From positions 1 to 59,949 of the forward strand of contig JAHYJA010000002.1 of NCBI GenBank assembly GCA_019429325.1: 59,949 nt of DNA, given 5' to 3'. Below the pieces are notes generated by a model, which was given only the letters and a program-made list of their open reading frames with translations, was not told the origin of the DNA and made no database searches. Every line of letters starts with the position of its first letter. Position 1 is the stretch's first letter. This stretch comes from Bacteroidales bacterium (lineage in GTDB: Bacteria; Bacteroidota; Bacteroidia; Bacteroidales; VadinHA17). This document shows positions 36,811-47,054 of the stretch, piece after piece. The position numbers and the translations under genes were made by a program.

Positions 36811-38097
36811 CTATAACTCTACCAATCCTGCTCCCTGATGTCTTATAAAAAGGTTATGGCATGACCCTTTTCCATAAACATGCTCAAGTGTGCTTACATA
36901 TTTGCCGAGAAGATTCTGAGGGACGAATGCCTGGATGGTACCGGCAAATCCTCCGCCATGTACCCGCCACGCACCTTCGCCCTTCAGCACCAGCTCGCTC
37001 AGCGCCAAAGCAAGGGAGACGTTCTGCTCCCTGATATTGCTGACCGGGTAAATATTCTGGTTATACATGTATGAACTGTAACCTGAATCAACAACCATCC
37101 CCAGGAACGATTTAAAGTCATTTCTTTCAAGCGCCTCTACCTGGTCGACAACCCTCTGGTTGTCTCCCTGGAAGTGTATGGCACGCAGAATAGCCCTGTC
37201 ACCAACTTTTTCACGTATTTTGGGTGCTATCTCAAGCACCTGTTGGAGGCTTACCTCGCGGAGTACTTTTGCTCCCAATTCTGCTGCCACGGCCTTCATA
37301 TCAGTCGGAAGGGAAGCATATTCATCATTAAGGTCGGCGTGGCTCCCCCCGGTATCAGTGATAACCAGTGAAAATCCTGTTGCCACAAAATCGAAATTTA
37401 CTTTTTTAACAACAGGTTTCGAAGGATCTTTAAAATCAATTGTGATAAGGCCGCCCATGGCACAAGCCGTCTGGTCCATCAGTCCGCAGGGTTTGCCGAA
37501 ATAGTTGTTTTCTGAATACTGTCCGATGATTGCATTCTCGATCGGATCGAGTTTTCCATCATTGAAAAAATGGCTGATTATTGCACCGATAAGCACTTCG
37601 AAGGAGGCAGAGGAGCTTAATCCTGATCCCTTCGGCACACCACCATCAATACAGGCGTCAAAACCGCCAATGGCATAGCCCAGATCCTTTAGCCGGGAAC
37701 ATATACCCCGCACCAGGGCTGCTGATGTATATCTCTCACTTTCATCTGGTTTAAGGGATGTCAGATCAACTTCAAACTTCGGATAATCCTCCGACCAGAT
37801 CCGTATTACGTTTTTACCGTTCTTTCCGGCGATGCCGGCAATGTCGAGGTTGACTGCACCTGCAAGCACCCTTCCGTAATTATGGTCTGTGTGATTGCCC
37901 CCGATTTCCGTGCGGCCGGGAGAACTGAAATATGACGCATCATTACTGTCACCAAATTCACCGGCATATCTGCTTAATAATTCAATATACCTTGAAGCAT
38001 TTCGTTTCAAAACAACCGGATCATTTCCGTAAAGTTCGCGGAATGCTCTGTTATCACCATTATTGATCTTTTCAATCAGATTTTTTGTCTTTGTCAT
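36811..38097 (-). CDS. galK: galactokinase
   Basis: GRTEIGGNHTDHNYG signature and the GHMP motif GGVPKGSGLSSSASFE. ATG 38097 chosen; the track's upstream extension is hydrophobic junk. Confidence 0.9.
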   Translation of the reverse strand: MTKTKNLIEKINNGDNRAFRELYGNDPVVLKRNASRYIELLSRYAGEFGDSNDASYFSSPGRTEIGGNHTDHNYGRVLAGAVNLDIAGIAGKNGKNVIRIWSEDYPKFEVDLTSLKPDESERYTSAALVRGICSRLKDLGYAIGGFDACIDGGVPKGSGLSSSASFEVLIGAIISHFFNDGKLDPIENAIIGQYSENNYFGKPCGLMDQTACAMGGLITIDFKDPSKPVVKKVNFDFVATGFSLVITDTGGSHADLNDEYASLPTDMKAVAAELGAKVLREVSLQQVLEIAPKIREKVGDRAILRAIHFQGDNQRVVDQVEALERNDFKSFLGMVVDSGYSSYMYNQNIYPVSNIREQNVSLALALSELVLKGEGAWRVHGGGFAGTIQAFVPQNLLGKYVSTLEHVYGKGSCHNLFIRHQGAGLVEL

Positions 38098-38222
38098 GGA
38101 AATTTTATTTTGAGGATTATGATTGAACGTAAATATAATAATTGTCATTAAATAATGAATGAGGCTGTCCCAAAACATAATCCGGGACAGCCTCCTTCAA
38201 GAAATGATTATTAACCAGGCTT

Positions 38223-39554
38223 TTACTTATGCTTACTGCCAACCAGGGCAAAAAATACAATATAAAGGTAACAGATAATCGGCAGAATAAATGAAAATCT
38301 CACACCTATTCCGTCAGCAAGGAGGCCCATAAGGACAGGGATCACCGCTCCACCGACAATCATTGTATTGATAAGTCCTGAAGCCATGCTGAGTTCACCC
38401 TTGTCAAGCCCGTCAACACCGAGTGCAAAAATATTGGGGAACATAATTGAGTTAAAGAACCCTATGGATAAACCTACCCAAAGAATGATTGGTCCATTGA
38501 CAGACATTACCACTACCAGCAACAAAGCGGCAATTAAGCCGAAAACAGCGAGAGATCTGCTTGCATTGCCCCTGCCGAGCTGCATTGCAAGATAATTTAC
38601 CACGGCAATCCCTGCGAAAATCAGACCATCGGTTATTTCTTTTCTTACGAACCAGCCGACGAACATGGCAAGGGCAACAACAAGGACAGCATACATGTAT
38701 TTCTTTGATTTTTCAACATCCGAGAGCATGAATGATCCGTAAAACCTGCCAACCATTGCACCACCCCAGTAAAGGGCTATCATCATTGCGGCATCATTTC
38801 TGGCTATCTGCAAGGCTTCCTGGAAATATCTCTGAAGCATGGCTGCAGATCCTACTTCGGCACCTACGTAACAGAAAATACCTACAGCACCCAGAATCGT
38901 ATGCGTATGGCTCCAGACACTTTTCTTTTCAACACCTTTGGTTGGAATTTCGGGGAGCCTTAAAAAATAGATAGCCACAGCAATAATAATAACCACTATG
39001 GCAATGATTAAGAACGGAGTGGTCGGGACTGATTCAGCGGCGTTGAGAGCTGCAGTTGCGGCTGCCTTAAAAACGAACAGACCTGCAAGAATTGGTGCAA
39101 TATAGGTCGCAATGGAGTTAAGTGCCTGGGTAAGGTTTAGTCTGGCCGAAGCAGTCTGTGATGGTCCAAGCGCAGTGACGTAGGGATTCGCAGCTGTTTG
39201 CAGAAAGACGACACCGCCAGCCATGATAAAAATAGCAAACAGGAAAAATGGAAAGGATATTGCTTTCGCGGCAGGAAAAAACAGAAAGCTGCCGACAGCC
39301 ACAAGTAAAAGACCAAGAATAACACCTGCCTTGTAACCGATCCTCTTGATTATGCCACCGGCTGTAAAAGAGAGTACAAAATAGGTAAAGAAAAAGGCCC
39401 CATTAACCAGCTGGGCCTGAAAGTTCGACAGCTCAAAAACTGCCTTGAACTTATCTGCCAGCGTAATATTAAAAGTCGTAACGAATCCGAACAGGAAGAA
39501 GATCATTCCCATAAAGGCCATGCCGATGGCCTGCGTGTTTTTCTGTTCTGTCAT
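38223..39554 (-). CDS. sugar MFS transporter (FucP/GluP family, second paralogue)
   Basis: 443 aa with 12-TM MFS topology and an N-terminal FLFGFVTTFNITLADKFK motif. Confidence 0.8.
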   Translation of the reverse strand: MTEQKNTQAIGMAFMGMIFFLFGFVTTFNITLADKFKAVFELSNFQAQLVNGAFFFTYFVLSFTAGGIIKRIGYKAGVILGLLLVAVGSFLFFPAAKAISFPFFLFAIFIMAGGVVFLQTAANPYVTALGPSQTASARLNLTQALNSIATYIAPILAGLFVFKAAATAALNAAESVPTTPFLIIAIVVIIIAVAIYFLRLPEIPTKGVEKKSVWSHTHTILGAVGIFCYVGAEVGSAAMLQRYFQEALQIARNDAAMMIALYWGGAMVGRFYGSFMLSDVEKSKKYMYAVLVVALAMFVGWFVRKEITDGLIFAGIAVVNYLAMQLGRGNASRSLAVFGLIAALLLVVVMSVNGPIILWVGLSIGFFNSIMFPNIFALGVDGLDKGELSMASGLINTMIVGGAVIPVLMGLLADGIGVRFSFILPIICYLYIVFFALVGSKHK

Positions 39555-39694
39555 TGTGTGAATTTTTAGGTTTTACAAATTAATTTTTCAGGTTTTCAAA
39601 TGAAGTAAAAATACATTTTAAGATCGATTTTCAAACATTTACAGGCTTTTTTTTTGGAGTGCCGCACTTTTTCTTTGATGTCCCTTAATATAAT

Positions 39695-39702
39695 TACATT
39701 TG
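39695..39702 (+). promoter_or_regulatory. TAnnTTTG -7 box upstream of truA
   Basis: TACATTTG, 13 nt upstream of GTG 39716. Confidence 0.3.
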
Positions 39703-39715
39703 CAAAAACCAGTAT

Positions 39716-40471
39716 GTGAAAACAAGATATTTCATATTCATCTCATACAAAGGAACTTCATACCATGGGTGGCAGTATCAGCCCAATTCCCTGACGGTTC
39801 AGCAGATCCTTGATGAAGCATTAAGCGCCATTACAGGTGAAAAGATCGCTTCGACAGGTGCCGGACGAACGGATGCCGGAGTCCATGCACTGGTTTTTTG
39901 CGCTCACTTCGACTCCGGTTTGAATGATCTGGATACCAGAGGTGGCATCATTCCGAGTCTGAACGGTTTTCTTCCTGAAGATATTTCAGTTACCGGCTTA
40001 AGAAAGGTTATCCCTGAATCAAGTGCCCGGTTCAGCGCACTTTCCAGAACATATAAATACTACATTTCAAGAAAAAAAGATCCTTTCAGGAAAGATTTCA
40101 GCTGGCTTCACACCGGCAGTATAGATGTGGATCTCATGAATAAGGCATCATTTCTGCTGACGCGTTACTCTGATTTTACAAGTTTCAGCAAACTGCACTC
40201 GGATACCCGGACCAATATCTGCAGGATATTTGACGCTTCGTGGGAAGAGGTAGACAACCAGCTGATCTTCACGATCAAAGCCGACAGATTCCTGAGGAAT
40301 ATGGTAAGGGCCGTTGCCGGAACTCTTATTCAGGTAGGGAGGGGCAGAACAAGCCTGGAAGAGTTTGAAGAGATAATACTTGCCAAAGACCGATCCAGAG
40401 CCGGAGGATCAGTGCCTGCACGGGGACTTTTCCTCACAGCGATCGAATATCCGGAAAACATATTTATTTAA
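39716..40471 (+). CDS. truA: tRNA pseudouridine(38-40) synthase
   Basis: YKGTSYHGWQYQPN and catalytic GAGRTDAGVHA motifs. GTG start. The stop overlaps the convergent aroE stop (TTAA, 4-nt overlap). Confidence 0.9.
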   Translation: MKTRYFIFISYKGTSYHGWQYQPNSLTVQQILDEALSAITGEKIASTGAGRTDAGVHALVFCAHFDSGLNDLDTRGGIIPSLNGFLPEDISVTGLRKVIPESSARFSALSRTYKYYISRKKDPFRKDFSWLHTGSIDVDLMNKASFLLTRYSDFTSFSKLHSDTRTNICRIFDASWEEVDNQLIFTIKADRFLRNMVRAVAGTLIQVGRGRTSLEEFEEIILAKDRSRAGGSVPARGLFLTAIEYPENIFI

Positions 40472-41217
40472 AATTGCCCGCTGTTCCAGATCTCCCACGA
40501 TCTCTCTGCCTGTGAGTGAAGCATTTTGATACCGCTTATGATCCTGCAACCTCTCTCCTGCCCCATTTTCAGGAATGATGTTATTTCCGGATTATAAACC
40601 AGATCAAAAAGTATATGCTTTCCTTCAAGAAGATCATAATCTATATCCGGACTGCTTTCAATGTCAGGGAACATTCCCAGCGGGGTTGTATTCACAATAA
40701 GGTCGGTCTTCTTCATTAATTCCGCAGTGATATCATGATAATTCAACGCGCCTGCCTTTCCTGTCCTTGAGATTCTTGAAAAAGGGAACCCGTATTTCCC
40801 GAGAACGTAACAGACTGCTTTTGAACTTCCACCGGTACCGAGAACCATGGCCCGGTTTATTTCAGTAATATACGGATCGATTGATTCTCTTATTCCCGTA
40901 ACGTCAGAATTGAATCCGGCAATTTCAATCTTGCCCTGTGTTCTATTGATCTTCAATACATTAACTGCATCTATCTCCTCAGCCTCCGGATCTATGGAAT
41001 CCAGAAACCTGATTATTTCAGATTTATACGGGATAGTCACGTTAAGGCCTGCAAGATCCGGTACTCTGTGGAGAAGATCATAAAAGCCGTCGAGGTTTTC
41101 GAGCGGATAATTATCGTATGAGCAATCGTCGATCTGCTCATTGAGAAATTTTCCGGTGAAGTATTTCCTTGAGAAGGAGTGTCCCAGCGGGTATCCGATA
41201 AGTCCGAATCTCCTCAT
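40468..41217 (-). CDS. aroE: shikimate dehydrogenase
   Basis: FGLIGYPLGHSFS N-terminus, NVTIPYK, and the VLGTGGSSKAV Rossmann motif. ATG 41217 preferred over 41268. Confidence 0.85.
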   Translation of the reverse strand: MRRFGLIGYPLGHSFSRKYFTGKFLNEQIDDCSYDNYPLENLDGFYDLLHRVPDLAGLNVTIPYKSEIIRFLDSIDPEAEEIDAVNVLKINRTQGKIEIAGFNSDVTGIRESIDPYITEINRAMVLGTGGSSKAVCYVLGKYGFPFSRISRTGKAGALNYHDITAELMKKTDLIVNTTPLGMFPDIESSPDIDYDLLEGKHILFDLVYNPEITSFLKMGQERGCRIISGIKMLHSQAERSWEIWNSGQF

Positions 41218-41260
41218 AATGTCTGCACCTGTATTATTATCCCTCAGTGGGGAAGTACTG

Positions 41261-42037
41261 TTATCCATTCTTCAGTTCCGGAGGCAGAAACCGGAAGAAG
41301 GTATCACCGCGAAGTCCGCAGCGCAGGGATTCGAGAGGAATGATCTCATTAGGGGCAATATTGCCGAGGTTCACATTGGCTCCGAAATTATTGATAAACC
41401 AGATCTGCTGGGGCTTTAGCGGTGCTTCCCAGATTACTTTATCAAAGCCAATATGTTCTGAAATGGCACTTATCAAAGCTGTATTCGCCGACCCGTCGTC
41501 GTTATAGATACCAACTGTGCCTGACTCCCGCGCTTCCGCAATCACTTTGACCGAGCCTGCCCCGAGCTCGGACTTCATCATGCTAACCCATTCATCCGGC
41601 GTGTAGACCACGTTCTTCTTTTTGGATCCCACTTCAGAAATAACAGTGCCTCTTTCAGCAAGACGCTCAATATATTCAAGCTTTCTTCCATGCTCGATCT
41701 CGAAAGATCCGTCGGATACCTCAACAAACTCAAACTCATATTTATCAAGGAAATCAATGTAATCACCGAACATATTCCTCACAATAAAAGCTTCAAAGAG
41801 GGTGCCACCGGGATAGGGAATTACATCATGCTTCTTGTACAACTGCACTTTCCTTTCAAAATGTGGAGTCAGGATCGACGTGCCGAATCCCAGTTTTACA
41901 AAATCGGTATAGCCGCTGCCAACCGACATGAAATCTTCTGCTTCCCTGAGGCTCATGCCCTTATCCATAACCATGGTAATTCCTTCTTTTCGCGGTTTCT
42001 CAGGCCTGTCGGGAATGTATGGTAGAATTGTTTTCAT
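41261..42037 (-). CDS. comA: phosphosulfolactate synthase (ComA family)
   Basis: 258 aa. The N-terminus ...RPEKPRKEGITMVMDKG...YTDFVKLGFGTS... is characteristic of (2R)-phospho-3-sulfolactate synthase TIM barrels. Confidence 0.75.
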   Translation of the reverse strand: MKTILPYIPDRPEKPRKEGITMVMDKGMSLREAEDFMSVGSGYTDFVKLGFGTSILTPHFERKVQLYKKHDVIPYPGGTLFEAFIVRNMFGDYIDFLDKYEFEFVEVSDGSFEIEHGRKLEYIERLAERGTVISEVGSKKKNVVYTPDEWVSMMKSELGAGSVKVIAEARESGTVGIYNDDGSANTALISAISEHIGFDKVIWEAPLKPQQIWFINNFGANVNLGNIAPNEIIPLESLRCGLRGDTFFRFLPPELKNG

Positions 42038-42063
42038 CTGACTTCAATATTCTGATTAATAAA

Positions 42064-43482
42064 TCATATCAGGTTACTGCTCTTCAGTAGTTTCCTGATT
42101 TTCCGGCTTAACAGATTATTGGGAAGAAATCCGGCGAACCCTGCAAAAAGATCTTTATCGGTGGTCAGGGCTATCATCAGGTGTCTGTATGCCTTGTCGG
42201 GGCTTCCTGCATAAATATGGCATGTTGCCAGAAGGTAACTTATTCCCGGCACGTCCCCTATTATCTTATAGGCCTTTTCCAGATATGGCAAAGCTTTTCT
42301 CTGCAGGCCTTCCTTTATAATGATCCTCCCCAGTTCGGTCCATACCTCATCGTAATAAGCATCGAGCTTAAGAGCTTCCCTGTAGCATCTCAGTGCAGCT
42401 TTTTTCTCACCCATGGCATTATGAGCCCTTCCAAGGAGGAACCATATTTCCGGATTCTCATCATCCAGCCTGACTGCCTTCATCAGAAAGATAAGGCTAT
42501 CGTCAGGTTTGCCGGTAATCAGAGCTATTATACCCAGGCCAAGCCACGGTTCAGCAAAATCAGGTGAGAGCTCGATTGCATCAAGATAATATTTACGGGC
42601 AAGGATCAGTTCATTCGTCTTTTCATAACACTCTGCAAGATAAGTCATTGCCTCAAAATTCTCCGGTTCGATCTCGAGATACTCATGATAGACGGGTATC
42701 GCTTCGGGATACCTCTCAAGGTTACTGAGGATGTTCCCTTTATTGAAGAGTGCAAAAGTATTCTGGGAGTTGATTGCAAGGGCGAAATCGTAGGCTTCTA
42801 TCGCCTTGTCATAATATTCAAGCTTGCTGTATATGATCCCCAGATTGTACCATGCACTGTCTGAAAATGGCTCCTCTTCGAGGTATTTCAGATAATAGTA
42901 GATACTGTTCTCGAAATCTTCCGTCTTTTCGTATGCATAGGCAAGATCATAAAGATGGGCATAAAACTCCGGCTCGAGATCTGTAAGCTTCAGCAGGTAT
43001 GGAATAAGGTGTTCATAATAATTGAGGTTCTGAAGGACGGATGTTATCGCAAACAATATATTTTCAACTTCATCGGAATCGAGAGTCAGGGAATAGTCGA
43101 ACATTTTCTTTGCTCCCTGTATATCCCCAAGCATTCCCATGGCTGTACCCTTTGCGATATAAATCTCGTGGTTTCCGGGCTCAATGCTCTCAAGCTTTCT
43201 CAAGATAGTAAGAGTCTCTACCGCCCGCCCCTTATCAAGAAGCACCCTTGCCTTGCGAAGCTGTATTGAAACGGAGTTCGGGTGTTGTTCCGTTGCCAGT
43301 GTTGCTGCCTCAAATGCCTTTACGGAATTGTTGTTCTCGATATAAAAATCAATTATGGATTCAAATTCAATTACATCAAAGAAATAACTCTCATTATTCC
43401 TTTTCATCCTCTCAAACTTCTGGACCGCATGCTTTATCTCTTCCTCATATGAGAATCCAAATCTCTCTTCTTCCATGTTCAA
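42064..43482 (-). CDS. TPR-repeat protein (cytoplasmic)
   Basis: 472 aa made almost entirely of 34-aa TPR units (W/Y-x-x-G/A-x-x-Y pattern). No signal peptide. Confidence 0.75.
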   Translation of the reverse strand: MNMEEERFGFSYEEEIKHAVQKFERMKRNNESYFFDVIEFESIIDFYIENNNSVKAFEAATLATEQHPNSVSIQLRKARVLLDKGRAVETLTILRKLESIEPGNHEIYIAKGTAMGMLGDIQGAKKMFDYSLTLDSDEVENILFAITSVLQNLNYYEHLIPYLLKLTDLEPEFYAHLYDLAYAYEKTEDFENSIYYYLKYLEEEPFSDSAWYNLGIIYSKLEYYDKAIEAYDFALAINSQNTFALFNKGNILSNLERYPEAIPVYHEYLEIEPENFEAMTYLAECYEKTNELILARKYYLDAIELSPDFAEPWLGLGIIALITGKPDDSLIFLMKAVRLDDENPEIWFLLGRAHNAMGEKKAALRCYREALKLDAYYDEVWTELGRIIIKEGLQRKALPYLEKAYKIIGDVPGISYLLATCHIYAGSPDKAYRHLMIALTTDKDLFAGFAGFLPNNLLSRKIRKLLKSSNLI

Positions 43483-43727
43483 AAAATGATGTGTACAAAA
43501 ATAGTAACAATTTACTTAAGGTTATTTTGAGGTCTGTACAATTATCAACATTTTAATCTTTTTTTAAACACCTAAGATTCAACGCCATACAAAATTATCA
43601 TATTAAAAACAACGTTTTTAAGGAATCCCACGCAACCAAACCGCATAAATTTTCATCTATGTTGTATGAATTGAATTTTTACCCCTATATTCATTATACC
43701 CTAGAATTAACCTAAATTCTACCTTCG

Positions 43728-43753
43728 AAAAGCCGGGCAATGACCCGGTTTTT
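43728..43753 (+). terminator. orphan terminator-like hairpin in a divergent intergenic region
   Basis: AAAAGCCGGGCAATGACCCGGTTTTT: a GC-rich 5-7 bp stem, a 6-nt loop and a U-tract. No annotated + strand gene lies upstream. Confidence 0.4.
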
Positions 43754-43764
43754 CATTTAATATT

Positions 43765-43772
43765 TATATTTG
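43765..43772 (+). promoter_or_regulatory. TAnnTTTG -7 box upstream of the PD40 lipoprotein gene
   Basis: TATATTTG, 33 nt upstream of ATG 43806. Confidence 0.3.
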
Positions 43773-43805
43773 TGGCAGATGTCTTTCCCGGAAAAATATA
43801 TAAAC

Positions 43806-44810
43806 ATGGTCAAAAATTGTTTTAACATATCATTGATATTCTGTGCTTTAACAATATTTTCCCTTTTTTACGGCTGTAAGAAGAGTGAAAATCCTGTCAA
43901 ACTTCTGCCAGGGACCTTTCCTGACACTGTAATAAGCCTTTCGGGAATAAACTCATCCAATGATGATTTTAACATGAATCTGCCGCAATTGTTCGGAGCG
44001 ATACCGGTTATCTTTTCAAGTAACAGGGGTAGCTCAGGCGGTCAGTTTGACTTCGTACAGGGTCTGGTCACATTTACTTTCGACCAGACAAACGGGAACT
44101 TTTCTGTTAATTCTGAAATGGCCGGTAATCCTTTCTATAATTCCATTCTTTCCAAAACGAATACGCCTGAGAATGAGTTTGGCCCCTACTCTTTCTTCAG
44201 TACTGCTGACGGTTTTGAATACTTTATTTATTCGACTGTTAATGATGAAGGTAATCTGGATTTTTATTATCTCAAACATCTTCCCTACTTTGGTTCGTCC
44301 CTCCCTTCCATTAACGGGCCTTCTCCCGTAACGCTTCTGAACACCTCATCCGAAGAAGCTTACATCTGTTTTGGTACCAGTCAGGATACCATCTATTTTT
44401 CATCGGACAGGGACAGCAATTTCAGGATTTATCGTCATGCCAGGCCACCCGGAACAAGCCCGGAGGCCTGGTTCAACTCCGCTTACGCTCCCTCCTTGCT
44501 GATCGGAAGCCTTACCAGTGAAGGAGATACAAAATGTCCTTATGTCCACAGGAATATCATGGTCTTCGCATCAAACCGCCCGGGAGGTTACGGGGGTTAT
44601 GACCTGTACTATTCCCTGTTCAGTGGGGGGAACTGGAGCTCCCCGGTTAATTTCGGGCCTGAGATCAATACTTCTTCAGATGAATACAGACCGGTTCTCG
44701 GGACATTTCAGGATTTCACAAATCATTTCATGATCTTCTCTTCTGACCGGCCTGGAGGCAAAGGTGGGTTCGATCTGTATCTTTCAGGTATCGAATTCCA
44801 GGATAATTAA
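43806..44810 (+). CDS. lipoprotein with TolB-like (PD40 / WD40-like beta-propeller) repeats
   Basis: Lipobox ...IFSLFYGC. Repeated [12 protein letters not shown] / [17 protein letters not shown] / [17 protein letters not shown] motifs are typical of PD40 repeats. Confidence 0.65.
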   Translation: MVKNCFNISLIFCALTIFSLFYGCKKSENPVKLLPGTFPDTVISLSGINSSNDDFNMNLPQLFGAIPVIFSSNRGSSGGQFDFVQGLVTFTFDQTNGNFSVNSEMAGNPFYNSILSKTNTPENEFGPYSFFSTADGFEYFIYSTVNDEGNLDFYYLKHLPYFGSSLPSINGPSPVTLLNTSSEEAYICFGTSQDTIYFSSDRDSNFRIYRHARPPGTSPEAWFNSAYAPSLLIGSLTSEGDTKCPYVHRNIMVFASNRPGGYGGYDLYYSLFSGGNWSSPVNFGPEINTSSDEYRPVLGTFQDFTNHFMIFSSDRPGGKGGFDLYLSGIEFQDN

Positions 44811-44826
44811 TCAATTACGCCTGATA

Positions 44827-45696
44827 TTACCTGTTAGCTGCTGCCATAAGTGTATTTCTCAGGAGCGAAACCCTGGTCATGGGTCCCACTCCGCCCGGTA
44901 CCGGGGTAATGAATGAGCATTTGGGGGCAACATTCTCAAAATCAACATCACCGGCAAGCTTAAAACCGGATTTGCTGTCTGGCGATGGGATTCGGGTGGT
45001 TCCTACATCTATTATCACCGCCCCTTGTTTCACCATTTCGGCTTTAACAAAAGAGGGAGATCCGATAGCGGCAATAATGATATCTGCCTGCCTTAGTATT
45101 CCCGCCAGATCCCTGGTCCGGCTGTGTGTGACAATTACCGTTGCATCCATACCCTTCTGTGACAAAAGGATACTGACGGGACGGCCGACAATATTGCTGC
45201 GTCCCGCCACCACGCACAACCTGCCGGAAGTTTCTATGCCATATCTTTTTATAAGCTCGGTTATACCGTAGGGCGTCGCCGGGAGAAAACAGGGAAGTCC
45301 GATCATCATTTTGCCAAGGTTGACGGGATGAAACCCATCTGCATCCTTCGCAGGATCGATTGACTCAATGACCTTATTCTCTTCTATATGGCCGGGTAAC
45401 GGCAGCTGAACAATAAATCCGTCAATATCATCATTCCTGTTGAGCCGGGCTATCTCCTCAAGCAATACGGCTTCGGTTATACCGGCACCGAACCTCAGGA
45501 GAGTCGATTTAAAACCAACCTCATTGCAGTCCTTTACCTTGTTAGCCACGTATGTCTCGCTGGCGCCATCGTTTCCGACAAGAATTGCTGCCAGGTGCGG
45601 CACCCGCCGTCCCTCCTTCTTCATTTCAGCAACTGCTTCAGCTATTTCGGATTTAATTTCAGCGGCTGTTGTTTTGCCGTCTATTAGTTTATACAT
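44827..45696 (-). CDS. folD: bifunctional methylenetetrahydrofolate dehydrogenase/cyclohydrolase
   Basis: [35 protein letters not shown] and [10 protein letters not shown] motifs. Confidence 0.95.
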   Translation of the reverse strand: MYKLIDGKTTAAEIKSEIAEAVAEMKKEGRRVPHLAAILVGNDGASETYVANKVKDCNEVGFKSTLLRFGAGITEAVLLEEIARLNRNDDIDGFIVQLPLPGHIEENKVIESIDPAKDADGFHPVNLGKMMIGLPCFLPATPYGITELIKRYGIETSGRLCVVAGRSNIVGRPVSILLSQKGMDATVIVTHSRTRDLAGILRQADIIIAAIGSPSFVKAEMVKQGAVIIDVGTTRIPSPDSKSGFKLAGDVDFENVAPKCSFITPVPGGVGPMTRVSLLRNTLMAAANR

Positions 45697-45699
45697 GGG

Positions 45700-47022
45700 T
45701 TATCTTCTTTTTGCCATCAGCTGTGAGACATTTCCTCCCTTTGTCATCATCCTCATCATTTTCCGGGTCTCGTCAAACTGTTTCAGGAGTCTGTTTACGT
45801 CCTGCACCGTTGTGCCGCTTCCCATTGCAATTCGCTTGCGTCTGCTTCCGTTAAGAACCACCGGATTCACTCTCTCCTCAGGTGTCATACTTCTTATGAT
45901 TGCTTCAATGCTTTTAAAGGCATCATCGTCAATATCAAGATCCTTCACAGCTTTACCTACCCCGGGGATCATCGACATAAGGTCCTTTACATTACCCATC
46001 TTCTTGATCTGCTGTATCTGTGATATGAAGTCGTTGAAGTCGAACTGATTCTTTGCTATCTTCTTTTGAAGCTTCCTGGCTTCTTCGGCGTCGTATTGTT
46101 CCTGTGCCTTTTCAACAAGCGACACAATATCCCCCATTCCAAGGATCCTGTCAGCCATGCGTCCCGGATAGAAGATGTCCAGCGCATCCATCTTTTCACC
46201 TGTACTGACGAACTTTATGGGTTTGTTTACGACGGATTTGATCGACAGGGCAGCACCGCCTCTGGTATCACCGTCCAGTTTGGTCAGCACAACTCCGTTG
46301 AAATCGAGTCGTTCATTGAACTCCTTCGCAGTATTTACCGCGTCCTGACCGGTCATCGAATCGACCACGAACAGTATTTCGTGAGGATTTACCGCCTCCT
46401 TTACCGAAGAGATCTCGTTCATCATGGTTTCGTCGATTGCGAGCCGGCCCGCGGTATCGATTATAACAACATCATAGCCTTTAGTTTTTGCTTCCCTGAT
46501 TGAGTTTCTGGCAATCTGTACGGGATTCATATTACCCTCTTCCGTATAGACAGGCACCTCAGTCTGTGTTCCGATGATCTTAAGCTGTTCGATGGCCGCG
46601 GGACGGTACACATCACCCGCTACAAGCAGGGGGTGCTTACCTCTCTTGCTTTTCACCCAAAGTGCCAGCTTTCCGCTGAATGTTGTTTTTCCTGAACCCT
46701 GAAGGCCGGCAATGAGTATTATGGCCGGGTTGACCTTGATATTGATATCGCTCTTATCGCCACCCATGAGCTCTGCGAGCTCGTCGTGAACCAGTTTAAC
46801 CATCATCTGGGCAGGGTTGACCGACCTCAGTACCTCCTGCCCCAATGCCTTCTCCTTGACCGTATCGGTAAACTGCTTGGCTATCTTGAAATTAACGTCA
46901 GCATCAAGCAGCGCCCTGCGTACCTCTTTAAGTGTCTCAGCAACGTTAATCTCAGAAATTCGACCATGCCCTTTCAGAATCTTAAAGGATTTCTCGAGGC
47001 GTTCACTCAGATTTTCGAACAT
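45700..47022 (-). CDS. ffh: signal recognition particle protein
   Basis: [10 protein letters not shown]-terminus, [21 protein letters not shown], and a Met-rich C-terminal M domain. Confidence 0.95.
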   Translation of the reverse strand: MFENLSERLEKSFKILKGHGRISEINVAETLKEVRRALLDADVNFKIAKQFTDTVKEKALGQEVLRSVNPAQMMVKLVHDELAELMGGDKSDINIKVNPAIILIAGLQGSGKTTFSGKLALWVKSKRGKHPLLVAGDVYRPAAIEQLKIIGTQTEVPVYTEEGNMNPVQIARNSIREAKTKGYDVVIIDTAGRLAIDETMMNEISSVKEAVNPHEILFVVDSMTGQDAVNTAKEFNERLDFNGVVLTKLDGDTRGGAALSIKSVVNKPIKFVSTGEKMDALDIFYPGRMADRILGMGDIVSLVEKAQEQYDAEEARKLQKKIAKNQFDFNDFISQIQQIKKMGNVKDLMSMIPGVGKAVKDLDIDDDAFKSIEAIIRSMTPEERVNPVVLNGSRRKRIAMGSGTTVQDVNRLLKQFDETRKMMRMMTKGGNVSQLMAKRR

Positions 47023-47054
47023 AATTACACACTAAAAATTGTTTCAGACAAATT

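Noticed and set aside
45440-46048. 202-aa + strand ORF across the folD/ffh junction
   Set aside because: It is antisense to folD and ffh, both unambiguous. It is Ser/Leu/Ile-rich shadow sequence.
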